Positions 49,701-64,000 of a stretch of 64,000 nt of DNA are shown in pieces; the first letter of the stretch is position 1; the number at the start of each line of letters is the position of its first letter. This stretch comes from Balanoglossus misakiensis (taxonomy: Eukaryota; Animalia; Hemichordata), in the NCBI GenBank assembly GCA_040954595.2, contig CM082577.2, forward strand, positions 15,445,903 through 15,509,902, given 5' to 3'. The notes below the pieces were generated by a model, which ran no database searches, was not told where the DNA came from, and saw only the letters and a program-made list of their open reading frames with translations. The position numbers and the translations under genes were made by a program.

Positions 49701-52700
49701 CGCCCACCACAGATGCCAGCATTCATTCATGCGAGTGAGTGTAATTGCAAATTTGCCTATTCTAGATCTGTAATGGAAATGGAGAAAGTACCTTATATTT
49801 TCTGTAAAATAGACATTTAATTGGCAAGCCGTCCTGCATCAATTATTAATTGTGTACATGCACTAAAGCGCCCTCACTGCTGGGTGTGTTGTATGGTCTT
49901 TAACCCTGTTTCAAATTAGAGTACTTTCTGCAATTTCAAGACAGATCTTACGTGCCATTGGAGAGCTCCATTGACTGGTCATTCATACTGTTTTCATTCA
50001 TTCATTGCGGCATCAATATATTTTATCTATTCTAGCCAAAGAGCTTGGCACCTGTTGAAATGAACTCATCTGCTGTGGGCCAGTTTATTGGTGGCAGTTG
50101 AGCTGAGGAGAGCACCTTCTTTCCCGGCACGCCACCAAGTAAAGTTCCACGCCGCCCACCACAGATGCCAGCATTCATTCATGCGAGTGAGTGTAATTGC
50201 AAATTTGCCTATTCTAGAATCTTACGTGCCATTGGAGAGCTCCATTGACTGGTCATTCATACTGTTTTCATTCATTCATTGCGGCATCAATATATTTTAT
50301 CTATTCTAGCCAAAGAGCTTGGCACCTGTTGAAATGAACTCATCTGCTGTGGGCCAGTTTATTGGTGGCAGTTGAGCTGAGGAGAGCACCTTCTTTCCCG
50401 GCACGCCACCAAGTAAAGTTCCACGCCGCCCACCACAGATGCCAGCATTCATTCATGCGAGTGAGTGTAATTGCAAATTTGCCTATTTACGTGCCATTGG
50501 AGAGCTCCATTGACTGGTCATTCATACTGTTTTCATTCATTCATTGCGGCATCAATATATTTTATCTATTCTAGCCAAAGAGCTTGGCACCTGTTGAAAT
50601 GAACTCATCTGCTGTGGGCCAGTTTATTGGTGGCAGTTGAGCTGAGGAGAGCACCTTCCTTCCCGGCACGCCACCAAGTAAAGTTCCACGCCGCCCACCA
50701 CAGATGCCAGCATTCATTCATGCGAGTGAGTGTAATTGCAAATTTGCCTATTCTAGAATCTTACGTGCCATTGGAGAGCTCCATTGACTGGTCATTCATA
50801 CTGTTTTCATTCATTCATTGCGGCATCAATATATTTTATCTATTCTAGCCGAAGAGCTTGGCACCTGTTGAAATGAACTCATCTGCTGTGGGCCAGTTTA
50901 TTGGTGGCAGTTGAGCTGAGGAGAGCACCTTCCTTCCCGGCACGCCACCAAGTAAAGTTCCACGCCGCCCACCACAGATGCCAGCATTCATTCATGCGAG
51001 TGAGTGTAATTGCAAATTTGCCTATTCTAGATCTGTAATGGAAATGGAGAAAGTACCTTATATTTTCTGTAAAATAGACATTTAATTGGCAAGCCGTCCT
51101 GCATCAATTATTAATTGTGTACATGCACTAAAGCGCCCTCACTGCTGGGTGTGTTGTATGGTCTTTAACCCTGTTTCAAATTAGAGTACTTTCTGCAATT
51201 TCAAGACAGATCTTACGTGCCATTGGAGAGCTCCATTGACTGGTCATTCATACTGTTTTCATTCATTCATTGCGGCATCAATATATTTTATCTATTCTAG
51301 CCAAAGAGCTTGGCACCTGTTGAAATGAACTCATCTGCTGTGGGCCAGTTTATTGGTGGCAGTTGAGCTGAGGAGAGCACCTTCCTTCCCGGCACGCCAC
51401 CAAGTAAAGTTCCACGCCGCCCACCACAGATGCCAGCATTCATTCATGCGAGTGAGTGTAATTGCAAATTTGCCTATTCTAGATCTGTAATGGAAATGGA
51501 GAAAGTACCTTATATTTTCTGTAAAATAGACATTTAATTGGCAAGCCGTCCTGCATCAATTATTAATTGTGTACATGCACTAAAGCGCCCTCACTGCTGG
51601 GTGTGTTGTATGGTCTTTAACCCTGTTTCAAATTAGAGTACTTTCTGCAATTTCAAGACAGATCTTACGTGCCATTGGAGAGCTCCATTGACTGGTCATT
51701 CATACTGTTTTCATTCATTCATTGCGGCATCAATATATTTTATCTATTCTAGCCAAAGAGCTTGGCACCTGTTGAAATGAACTCATCTGCTGTGGGCCAG
51801 TTTATTGGTGGCAGTTGAGCTGAGGAGAGCACCTTCTTTCCCGGCACGCCACCAAGTAAAGTTCCACGCCGCCCACCACAGATGCCAGCATTCATTCATG
51901 CGAGTGAGTGTAATTGCAAATTTGCCTATTCTAGATCTGTAATGGAAATGGAGAAAGTACCTTATATTTTCTGTAAAATAGACATTTAATTGGCAAGCCG
52001 TCCTGCATCAATTATTAATTGTGTACATGCACTAAAGCGCCCTCACTGCTGGGTGTGTTGTATGGTCTTTAACCCTGTTTCAAATTAGAGTACTTTCTGC
52101 AATTTCAAGACAGATCTTACGTGCCATTGGAGAGCTCCATTGACTGGTCATTCATACTGTTTTCATTCATTCATTGCGGCATCAATATATTTTATCTATT
52201 CTAGCCAAAGAGCTTGGCACCTGTTGAAATGAACTCATCTGCTGTGGGCCAGTTTATTGGTGGCAGTTGAGCTGAGGAGAGCACCTTCCTTCCCGGCACG
52301 CCACCAAGTAAAGTTCCACGCCGCCCACCACAGATGCCAGCATTCATTCATGCGAGTGAGTGTAATTGCAAATTTGCCTATTCTAGATCTGTAATGGAAA
52401 TGGAGAAAGTACCTTATATTTTCTGTAAAATAGACATTTAATTGGCAAGCCGTCCTGCATCAATTATTAATTGTGTACATGCACTAAAGCGCCCTCACTG
52501 CTGGGTGTGTTGTATGGTCTTTAACCCTGTTTCAAATTAGAGTACTTTCTGCAATTTCAAGACAGATCTTACGTGCCATTGGAGAGCTCCATTGACTGGT
52601 CATTCATACTGTTTTCATTCATTCATTGCGGCATCAATATATTTTATCTATTCTAGCCAAAGAGCTTGGCACCTGTTGAAATGAACTCATCTGCTGTGGG

Positions 52701-55700
52701 CCAGTTTATTGGTGGCAGTTGAGCTGAGGAGAGCACCTTCCTTCCCGGCACGCCACCAAGTAAAGTTCCACGCCGCCCACCACAGATGCCAGCATTCATT
52801 CATGCGAGTGAGTGTAATTGCAAATTTGCCTATTCTAGAATTCTTACGTGCCATTGGAGAGCTCCATTGACTGGTCATTCATACTGTTTTCATTCATTCA
52901 TTGCGGCATCAATATATTTTATCTATTCTAGCCAAAGAGCTTGGCACCTGTTGAAATGAACTCATCTGCTGTGGGCCAGTTTATTGGTGGCAGTTGAGCT
53001 GAGGAGAGCACCTTCCTTCCCGGCACGCCACCAAGTAAAGTTCCACGCCGCCCACCACAGATGCCAGCATTCATTCATGCGAGTGAGTGTAATTGCAAAT
53101 TTGCCTATTCTAGATCTGTAATGGAAATGGAGAAAGTACCTTATATTTTCTGTAAAATAGACATTTAATTGGCAAGCCGTCCTGCATCAATTATTAATTG
53201 TGTACATGCACTAAAGCGCCCTCACTGCTGGGTGTGTTGTATGGTCTTTAACCCTGTTTCAAATTAGAGTACTTTCTGCAATTTCAAGACAGATCTTACG
53301 TGCCATTGGAGAGCTCCATTGACTGGTCATTCATACTGTTTTCATTCATTCATTGCGGCATCAATATATTTTATCTATTCTAGCCAAAGAGCTTGGCACC
53401 TGTTGAAATGAACTCATCTGCTGTGGGCCAGTTTATTGGTGGCAGTTGAGCTGAGGAGAGCACCTTCTTTCCCGGCACGCCACCAAGTAAAGTTCCACGC
53501 CGCCCACCACAGATGCCAGCATTCATTCATGCGAGTGAGTGTAATTGCAAATTTGCCTATTCTAGAATCTTACGTGCCATTGGAGAGCTCCATTGACTGG
53601 TCATTCATACTGTTTTCATTCATTCATTGCGGCATCAATATATTTTATCTATTCTAGCCAAAGAGCTTGGCACCTGTTGAAATGAACTCATCTGCTGTGG
53701 GCCAGTTTATTGGTGGCAGTTGAGCTGAGGAGAGCACCTTCTTTCCCGGCACGCCACCAAGTAAAGTTCCACGCCGCCCACCACAGATGCCAGCATTCAT
53801 TCATGCGAGTGAGTGTAATTGCAAATTTGCCTATTTACGTGCCATTGGAGAGCTCCATTGACTGGTCATTCATACTGTTTTCATTCATTCATTGCGGCAT
53901 CAATATATTTTATCTATTCTAGCCAAAGAGCTTGGCACCTGTTGAAATGAACTCATCTGCTGTGGGCCAGTTTATTGGTGGCAGTTGAGCTGAGGAGAGC
54001 ACCTTCCTTCCCGGCACGCCACCAAGTAAAGTTCCACGCCGCCCACCACAGATGCCAGCATTCATTCATGCGAGTGAGTGTAATTGCAAATTTGCCTATT
54101 CTAGATCTGTAATGGAAATGGAGAAAGTACCTTATATTTTCTGTAAAATAGACATTTAATTGGCAAGCCGTCCTGCATCAATTATTAATTGTGTACATGC
54201 ACTAAAGCGCCCTCACTGCTGGGTGTGTTGTATGGTCTTTAACCCTGTTTCAAATTAGAGTACTTTCTGCAATTTCAAGACAGATCTTACGTGCCATTGG
54301 AGAGCTCCATTGACTGGTCATTCATACTGTTTTCATTCATTCATTGCGGCATCAATATATTTTATCTATTCTAGCCAAAGAGCTTGGCACCTGTTGAAAT
54401 GAACTCATCTGCTGTGGGCCAGTTTATTGGTGGCAGTTGAGCTGAGGAGAGCACCTTCTTTCCCGGCACGCCACCAAGTAAAGTTCCACGCCGCCCACCA
54501 CAGATGCCAGCATTCATTCATGCGAGTGAGTGTAATTGCAAATTTGCCTATTCTAGAATCTTACGTGCCATTGGAGAGCTCCATTGACTGGTCATTCATA
54601 CTGTTTTCATTTATTCATTGCGGCATCAATATATTTTATCTATTCTAGCCAAAGAGCTTGGCACCTGTTGAAATGAACTCATCTGCTGTGGGCCAGTTTA
54701 TTGGTGGCAGTTGAGCTGAGGAGAGCACCTTCTTTCCCGGCACGCCACCAAGTAAAGTTCCACGCCGCCCACCACAGATGCCAGCATTCATTCATGCGAG
54801 TGAGTGTAATTGCAAATTTGCCTATTCTAGAATCTTACGTGCCATTGGAGAGCTCCATTGACTGGTCATTCATACTGTTTTCATTCATTCATTGCAGCAT
54901 CAATATATTTTATCTATTCTAGCCAAAGAGCTTGGCACCTGTTGAAATGAACTCATCTGCTGTGGGCCAGTTTATTGGTGGCAGTTGAGCTGAGGAGAGC
55001 ACCTTCCTTCCCGGCACGCCACCAAGTAAAGTTCCACGCCGCCCACCACAGATGCCAGCATTCATTCATGCGAGTGAGTGTAATTGCAAATTTGCCTATT
55101 CTAGAATCTTACGTGCCATTGGAGAGCTCCATTGACTGGTCATTCATACTGTTTTCATTCATTCATTGCGGCATCAATATATTTTATCTATTCTAGCCAA
55201 AGAGCTTGGCACCTGTTGAAATGAACTCATCTGCTGTGGGCCAGTTTATTGGTGGCAGTTGAGCTGAGGAGAGCACCTTCCTTCCCGGCACGCCACCAAG
55301 TAAAGTTCCACGCCGCCCACCACAGATGCCAGCATTCATTCATGCGAGTGAGTGTAATTGCAAATTTGCCTATTCTAGAATCTTACGTGCCATTGGAGAG
55401 CTCCATTGACTGGTCATTCATACTGTTTTCATTCATTCATTGCGGCATCAATATATTTTATCTATTCTAGCCGAAGAGCTTGGCACCTGTTGAAATGAAC
55501 TCATCTGCTGTGGGCCAGTTTATTGGTGGCAGTTGAGCTGAGGAGAGCACCTTCCTTCCCGGCACGCCACCAAGTAAAGTTCCACGCCGCCCACCACAGA
55601 TGCCAGCATTCATTCATGCGAGTGAGTGTAATTGCAAATTTGCCTATTCTAGATCTGTAATGGAAATGGAGAAAGTACCTTATATTTTCTGTAAAATAGA

Positions 55701-58700
55701 CATTTAATTGGCAAGCCGTCCTGCATCAATTATTAATTGTGTACATGCACTAAAGCGCCCTCACTGCTGGGTGTGTTGTATGGTCTTTAACCCTGTTTCA
55801 AATTAGAGTACTTTCTGCAATTTCAAGACAGATCTTACGTGCCATTGGAGAGCTCCATTGACTGGTCATTCATACTGTTTTCATTCATTCATTGCGGCAT
55901 CAATATATTTTATCTATTCTAGCCAAAGAGCTTGGCACCTGTTGAAATGAACTCATCTGCTGTGGGCCAGTTTATTGGTGGCAGTTGAGCTGAGGAGAGC
56001 ACCTTCCTTCCCGGCACGCCACCAAGTAAAGTTCCACGCCGCCCACCACAGATGCCAGCATTCATTCATGCGAGTGAGTGTAATTGCAAATTTGCCTATT
56101 CTAGATTCTTACGTGCCATTGGAGAGCTCCATTGACTGGTCATTCATACTGTTTTCATTCATTCATTGCGGCATCAATATATTTTATCTATTCTAGCCAA
56201 AGAGCTTGGCACCTGTTGAAATGAACTCATCTGCTGTGGGCCAGTTTATTGGTGGCAGTTGAGCTGAGGAGAGCACCTTCCTTCCCGGCACGCCACCAAG
56301 TAAAGTTCCACGCCGCCCACCACAGATGCCAGCATTCATTCATGCGAGTGAGTGTAATTGCAAATTTGCCTATTCTAGAATCTTACGTGCCATTGGAGAG
56401 CTCCATTGACTGGTCATTCATACTGTTTTCATTCATTCATTGCGGCATCAATATATTTTATCTATTCTAGCCAAAGAGCTTGGCACCTGTTGAAATGAAC
56501 TCATCTGCTGTGGGCCAGTTTATTGGTGGCAGTTGAGCTGAGGAGAGCACCTTCCTTCCCGGCACGCCACCAAGTAAAGTTCCACGCCGCCCACCACAGA
56601 TGCCAGCATTCATTCATGCGAGTGAGTGTAATTGCAAATTTGCCTATTCTAGATCTGTAATGGAAATGGAGAAAGTACCTTATATTTTCTGTAAAATAGA
56701 CATTTAATTGGCAAGCCGTCCTGCATCAATTATTAATTGTGTACATGCACTAAAGCGCCCTCACTGCTGGGTGTGTTGTATGGTCTTTAACCCTGTTTCA
56801 AATTAGAGTACTTTCTGCAATTTCAAGACAGATCTTACGTGCCATTGGAGAGCTCCATTGACTGGTCATTCATACTGTTTTCATTCATTCATTGCGGCAT
56901 CAATATATTTTATCTATTCTAGCCAAAGAGCTTGGCACCTGTTGAAATGAACTCATCTGCTGTGGGCCAGTTTATTGGTGGCAGTTGAGCTGAGGAGAGC
57001 ACCTTCCTTCCCGGCACGCCACCAAGTAAAGTTCCACGCCGCCCACCACAGATGCCAGCATTCATTCATGCGAGTGAGTGTAATTGCAAATTTGCCTATT
57101 CTAGATCTGTAATGGAAATGGAGAAAGTACCTTATATTTTCTGTAAAATAGACATTTAATTGGCAAGCCGTCCTGCATCAATTATTAATTGTGTACATGC
57201 ACTAAAGCGCCCTCACTGCTGGGTGTGTTGTATGGTCTTTAACCCTGTTTCAAATTAGAGTACTTTCTGCAATTTCAAGACAGATCTTACGTGCCATTGG
57301 AGAGCTCCATTGACTGGTCATTCATACTGTTTTCATTCATTCATTGCGGCATCAATATATTTTATCTATTCTAGCCAAAGAGCTTGGCACCTGTTGAAAT
57401 GAACTCATCTGCTGTGGGCCAGTTTATTGGTGGCAGTTGAGCTGAGGAGAGCACCTTCCTTCCCGGCACGCCACCAAGTAAAGTTCCACGCCGCCCACCA
57501 CAGATGCCAGCATTCATTCATGCGAGTGAGTGTAATTGCAAATTTGCCTATTCTAGATCTGTAATGGAAATGGAGAAAGTACCTTATATTTTCTGTAAAA
57601 TAGACATTTAATTGGCAAGCCGTCCTGCATCAATTATTAATTGTGTACATGCACTAAAGCGCCCTCACTGCTGGGTGTGTTGTATGGTCTTTAACCCTGT
57701 TTCAAATTAGAGTACTTTCTGCAATTTCAAGACAGATCTTACGTGCCATTGGAGAGCTCCATTGACTGGTCATTCATACTGTTTTCATTCATTCATTGCG
57801 GCATCAATATATTTTATCTATTCTAGCCAAAGAGCTTGGCACCTGTTGAAATGAACTCATCTGCTGTGGGCCAGTTTATTGGTGGCAGTTGAGCTGAGGA
57901 GAGCACCTTCCTTCCCGGCACGCCACCAAGTAAAGTTCCACGCCGCCCACCACAGATGCCAGCATTCATTCATGCGAGTGAGTGTAATTGCAAATTTGCC
58001 TATTCTAGATCTGTAATGGAAATGGAGAAAGTACCTTATATTTTCTGTAAAATAGACATTTAATTGGCAAGCCGTCCTGCATCAATTATTAATTGTGTAC
58101 ATGCACTAAAGCGCCCTCACTGCTGGGTGTGTTGTATGGTCTTTAACCCTGTTTCAAATTAGAGTACTTTCTGCAATTTCAAGACAGATCTTACGTGCCA
58201 TTGGAGAGCTCCATTGACTGGTCATTCATACTGTTTTCATTCATTCATTGCGGCATCAATATATTTTATCTATTCTAGCCAAAGAGCTTGGCACCTGTTG
58301 AAATGAACTCATCTGCTGTGGGCCAGTTTATTGGTGGCAGTTGAGCTGAGGAGAGCACCTTCCTTCCCGGCACGCCACCAAGTAAAGTTCCACGCCGCCC
58401 ACCACAGATGCCAGCATTCATTCATGCGAGTGAGTGTAATTGCAAATTTGCCTATTCTAGATCTGTAATGGAAATGGAGAAAGTACCTTATATTTTCTGT
58501 AAAATAGACATTTAATTGGCAAGCCGTCCTGCATCAATTATTAATTGTGTACATGCACTAAAGCGCCCTCACTGCTGGGTGTGTTGTATGGTCTTTAACC
58601 CTGTTTCAAATTAGAGTACTTTCTGCAATTTCAAGACAGATCTTACGTGCCATTGGAGAGCTCCATTGACTGGTCATTCATACTGTTTTCATTCATTCAT

Positions 58701-61700
58701 TGCGGCATCAATATATTTTATCTATTCTAGCCAAAGAGCTTGGCACCTGTTGAAATGAACTCATCTGCTGTGGGCCAGTTTATTGGTGGCAGTTGAGCTG
58801 AGGAGAGCACCTTCCTTCCCGGCACGCCACCAAGTAAAGTTCCACGCCGCCCACCACAGATGCCAGCATTCATTCATGCGAGTGAGTGTAATTGCAAATT
58901 TGCCTATTCTAGATCTGTAATGGAAATGGAGAAAGTACCTTATATTTTCTGTAAAATAGACATTTAATTGGCAAGCCGTCCTGCATCAATTATTAATTGT
59001 GTACATGCACTAAAGCGCCCTCACTGCTGGGTGTGTTGTATGGTCTTTAACCCTGTTTCAAATTAGAGTACTTTCTGCAATTTCAAGACAGATCTTACGT
59101 GCCATTGGAGAGCTCCATTGACTGGTCATTCATACTGTTTTCATTCATTCATTGCGGCATCAATATATTTTATCTATTCTAGCCAAAGAGCTTGGCACCT
59201 GTTGAAATGAACTCATCTGCTGTGGGCCAGTTTATTGGTGGCAGTTGAGCTGAGGAGAGCACCTTCTTTCCCGGCACGCCACCAAGTAAAGTTCCACGCC
59301 GCCCACCACAGATGCCAGCATTCATTCATGCGAGTGAGTGTAATTGCAAATTTGCCTATTTACGTGCCATTGGAGAGCTCCATTGACTGGTCATTCATAC
59401 TGTTTTCATTCATTCATTGCGGCATCAATATATTTTATCTATTCTAGCCAAAGAGCTTGGCACCTGTTGAAATGAACTCATCTGCTGTGGGCCAGTTTAT
59501 TGGTGGCAGTTGAGCTGAGGAGAGCACCTTCCTTCCCGGCACGCCACCAAGTAAAGTTCCACGCCGCCCACCACAGATGCCAGCATTCATTCATGCGAGT
59601 GAGTGTAATTGCAAATTTGCCTATTCTAGATCTGTAATGGAAATGGAGAAAGTACCTTATATTTTCTGTAAAATAGACATTTAATTGGCAAGCCGTCCTG
59701 CATCAATTATTAATTGTGTACATGCACTAAAGCGCCCTCACTGCTGGGTGTGTTGTATGGTCTTTAACCCTGTTTCAAATTAGAGTACTTTCTGCAATTT
59801 CAAGACAGATCTTACGTGCCATTGGAGAGCTCCATTGACTGGTCATTCATACTGTTTTCATTCATTCATTGCGGCATCAATATATTTTATCTATTCTAGC
59901 CAAAGAGCTTGGCACCTGTTGAAATGAACTCATCTGCTGTGGGCCAGTTTATTGGTGGCAGTTGAGCTGAGGAGAGCACCTTCCTTCCCGGCACGCCACC
60001 AAGTAAAGTTCCACGCCGCCCACCACAGATGCCAGCATTCATTCATGCGAGTGAGTGTAATTGCAAATTTGCCTATTCTAGAATTCTTACGTGCCATTGG
60101 AGAGCTCCATTGACTGGTCATTCATACTGTTTTCATTCATTCATTGCGGCATCAATATATTTTATCTATTCTAGCCAAAGAGCTTGGCACCTGTTGAAAT
60201 GAACTCATCTGCTGTGGGCCAGTTTATTGGTGGCAGTTGAGCTGAGGAGAGCACCTTCCTTCCCGGCACGCCACCAAGTAAAGTTCCACGCCGCCCACCA
60301 CAGATGCCAGCATTCATTCATGCGAGTGAGTGTAATTGCAAATTTGCCTATTCTAGATCTGTAATGGAAATGGAGAAAGTACCTTATATTTTCTGTAAAA
60401 TAGACATTTAATTGGCAAGCCGTCCTGCATCAATTATTAATTGTGTACATGCACTAAAGCGCCCTCACTGCTGGGTGTGTTGTATGGTCTTTAACCCTGT
60501 TTCAAATTAGAGTACTTTCTGCAATTTCAAGACAGATCTTACGTGCCATTGGAGAGCTCCATTGACTGGTCATTCATACTGTTTTCATTCATTCATTGCG
60601 GCATCAATATATTTTATCTATTCTAGCCAAAGAGCTTGGCACCTGTTGAAATGAACTCATCTGCTGTGGGCCAGTTTATTGGTGGCAGTTGAGCTGAGGA
60701 GAGCACCTTCTTTCCCGGCACGCCACCAAGTAAAGTTCCACGCCGCCCACCACAGATGCCAGCATTCATTCATGCGAGTGAGTGTAATTGCAAATTTGCC
60801 TATTCTAGAATCTTACGTGCCATTGGAGAGCTCCATTGACTGGTCATTCATACTGTTTTCATTCATTCATTGCGGCATCAATATATTTTATCTATTCTAG
60901 CCAAAGAGCTTGGCACCTGTTGAAATGAACTCATCTGCTGTGGGCCAGTTTATTGGTGGCAGTTGAGCTGAGGAGAGCACCTTCTTTCCCGGCACGCCAC
61001 CAAGTAAAGTTCCACGCCGCCCACCACAGATGCCAGCATTCATTCATGCGAGTGAGTGTAATTGCAAATTTGCCTATTTACGTGCCATTGGAGAGCTCCA
61101 TTGACTGGTCATTCATACTGTTTTCATTCATTCATTGCGGCATCAATATATTTTATCTATTCTAGCCAAAGAGCTTGGCACCTGTTGAAATGAACTCATC
61201 TGCTGTGGGCCAGTTTATTGGTGGCAGTTGAGCTGAGGAGAGCACCTTCCTTCCCGGCACGCCACCAAGTAAAGTTCCACGCCGCCCACCACAGATGCCA
61301 GCATTCATTCATGCGAGTGAGTGTAATTGCAAATTTGCCTATTCTAGATCTGTAATGGAAATGGAGAAAGTACCTTATATTTTCTGTAAAATAGACATTT
61401 AATTGGCAAGCCGTCCTGCATCAATTATTAATTGTGTACATGCACTAAAGCGCCCTCACTGCTGGGTGTGTTGTATGGTCTTTAACCCTGTTTCAAATTA
61501 GAGTACTTTCTGCAATTTCAAGACAGATCTTACGTGCCATTGGAGAGCTCCATTGACTGGTCATTCATACTGTTTTCATTCATTCATTGCGGCATCAATA
61601 TATTTTATCTATTCTAGCCAAAGAGCTTGGCACCTGTTGAAATGAACTCATCTGCTGTGGGCCAGTTTATTGGTGGCAGTTGAGCTGAGGAGAGCACCTT

Positions 61701-64000
61701 CTTTCCCGGCACGCCACCAAGTAAAGTTCCACGCCGCCCACCACAGATGCCAGCATTCATTCATGCGAGTGAGTGTAATTGCAAATTTGCCTATTCTAGA
61801 ATCTTACGTGCCATTGGAGAGCTCCATTGACTGGTCATTCATACTGTTTTCATTCATTCATTGCGGCATCAATATATTTTATCTATTCTAGCCAAAGAGC
61901 TTGGCACCTGTTGAAATGAACTCATCTGCTGTGGGCCAGTTTATTGGTGGCAGTTGAGCTGAGGAGAGCACCTTCTTTCCCGGCACGCCACCAAGTAAAG
62001 TTCCACGCCGCCCACCACAGATGCCAGCATTCATTCATGCGAGTGAGTGTAATTGCAAATTTGCCTATTCTAGAATCTTACGTGCCATTGGAGAGCTCCA
62101 TTGACTGGTCATTCATACTGTTTTCATTCATTCATTGCGGCATCAATATATTTTATCTATTCTAGCCAAAGAGCTTGGCACCTGTTGAAATGAACTCATC
62201 TGCTGTGGGCCAGTTTATTGGTGGCAGTTGAGCTGAGGAGAGCACCTTCCTTCCCGGCACGCCACCAAGTAAAGTTCCACGCCGCCCACCACAGATGCCA
62301 GCATTCATTCATGCGAGTGAGTGTAATTGCAAATTTGCCTATTCTAGAATCTTACGTGCCATTGGAGAGCTCCATTGACTGGTCATTCATACTGTTTTCA
62401 TTCATTCATTGCGGCATCAATATATTTTATCTATTCTAGCCAAAGAGCTTGGCACCTGTTGAAATGAACTCATCTGCTGTGGGCCAGTTTATTGGTGGCA
62501 GTTGAGCTGAGGAGAGCACCTTCCTTCCCGGCACGCCACCAAGTAAAGTTCCACGCCGCCCACCACAGATGCCAGCATTCATTCATGCGAGTGAGTGTAA
62601 TTGCAAATTTGCCTATTCTAGAATCTTACGTGCCATTGGAGAGCTCCATTGACTGGTCATTCATACTGTTTTCATTCATTCATTGCGGCATCAATATATT
62701 TTATCTATTCTAGCCGAAGAGCTTGGCACCTGTTGAAATGAACTCATCTGCTGTGGGCCAGTTTATTGGTGGCAGTTGAGCTGAGGAGAGCACCTTCCTT
62801 CCCGGCACGCCACCAAGTAAAGTTCCACGCCGCCCACCACAGATGCCAGCATTCATTCATGCGAGTGAGTGTAATTGCAAATTTGCCTATTCTAGATCTG
62901 TAATGGAAATGGAGAAAGTACCTTATATTTTCTGTAAAATAGACATTTAATTGGCAAGCCGTCCTGCATCAATTATTAATTGTGTACATGCACTAAAGCG
63001 CCCTCACTGCTGGGTGTGTTGTATGGTCTTTAACCCTGTTTCAAATTAGAGTACTTTCTGCAATTTCAAGACAGATCTTACGTGCCATTGGAGAGCTCCA
63101 TTGACTGGTCATTCATACTGTTTTCATTCATTCATTGCGGCATCAATATATTTTATCTATTCTAGCCAAAGAGCTTGGCACCTGTTGAAATGAACTCATC
63201 TGCTGTGGGCCAGTTTATTGGTGGCAGTTGAGCTGAGGAGAGCACCTTCCTTCCCGGCACGCCACCAAGTAAAGTTCCACGCCGCCCACCACAGATGCCA
63301 GCATTCATTCATGCGAGTGAGTGTAATTGCAAATTTGCCTATTCTAGATTCTTACGTGCCATTGGAGAGCTCCATTGACTGGTCATTCATACTGTTTTCA
63401 TTCATTCATTGCGGCATCAATATATTTTATCTATTCTAGCCAAAGAGCTTGGCACCTGTTGAAATGAACTCATCTGCTGTGGGCCAGTTTATTGGTGGCA
63501 GTTGAGCTGAGGAGAGCACCTTCCTTCCCGGCACGCCACCAAGTAAAGTTCCACGCCGCCCACCACAGATGCCAGCATTCATTCATGCGAGTGAGTGTAA
63601 TTGCAAATTTGCCTATTCTAGAATCTTACGTGCCATTGGAGAGCTCCATTGACTGGTCATTCATACTGTTTTCATTCATTCATTGCGGCATCAATATATT
63701 TTATCTATTCTAGCCAAAGAGCTTGGCACCTGTTGAAATGAACTCATCTGCTGTGGGCCAGTTTATTGGTGGCAGTTGAGCTGAGGAGAGCACCTTCCTT
63801 CCCGGCACGCCACCAAGTAAAGTTCCACGCCGCCCACCACAGATGCCAGCATTCATTCATGCGAGTGAGTGTAATTGCAAATTTGCCTATTCTAGATCTG
63901 TAATGGAAATGGAGAAAGTACCTTATATTTTCTGTAAAATAGACATTTAATTGGCAAGCCGTCCTGCATCAATTATTAATTGTGTACATGCACTAAAGCG
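28774..64000 (+). repeat. Tandem array segment 3 with higher-order repeats of 452, 274, 275 and 265-bp units
   Basis: The 275-bp (gaattc) unit recurs at intervals of 7243, 8243, 5887 and 7243 bp. Rare SNPs at ~33239 and ~33523 recur 21373 bp later. Confidence 0.98.

Noticed and set aside
28774-64000. CRISPR array
   Set aside because: Units are near-identical over their whole length with no unique spacers, there are no cas genes, and the context is eukaryotic.

Overview
Eukaryotic (probably animal) DNA with GT-AG introns. About three quarters of the window is a very homogeneous tandem array (1-4789, 12948-20615, 28774-64000). It is built from a ~274-bp unit that either carries a 177-bp TIR mini-element (452-bp unit) or one of four scar sequences at the same site (274, 274, 275 and 265 bp units). 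Each unit has a splice acceptor, a 151-nt non-coding exon-like segment that folds into a long hairpin, and a GTGAGT donor. Two near-identical copies (offset 15,826 bp) of an ~8.2-kb gene cassette sit in the array (4790-12947, 20616-28773). Each cassette holds: (i) a Sola1-like DDD transposase apparently split into two head-to-head genes (N-terminal Cys/His-rich half on -, catalytic half on +); (ii) a 4-exon gene fusing a winged-helix-like domain to a PR-Set7/SETD8-like SET domain; (iii) a His-Cys-box (His-Me finger) endonuclease; (iv) a diverged copy of the array unit that keeps the hairpin via a compensatory change. A 424-bp TA-flanked MITE lies just upstream of each cassette. Family assignments come from motif recognition by eye; no database search was run.
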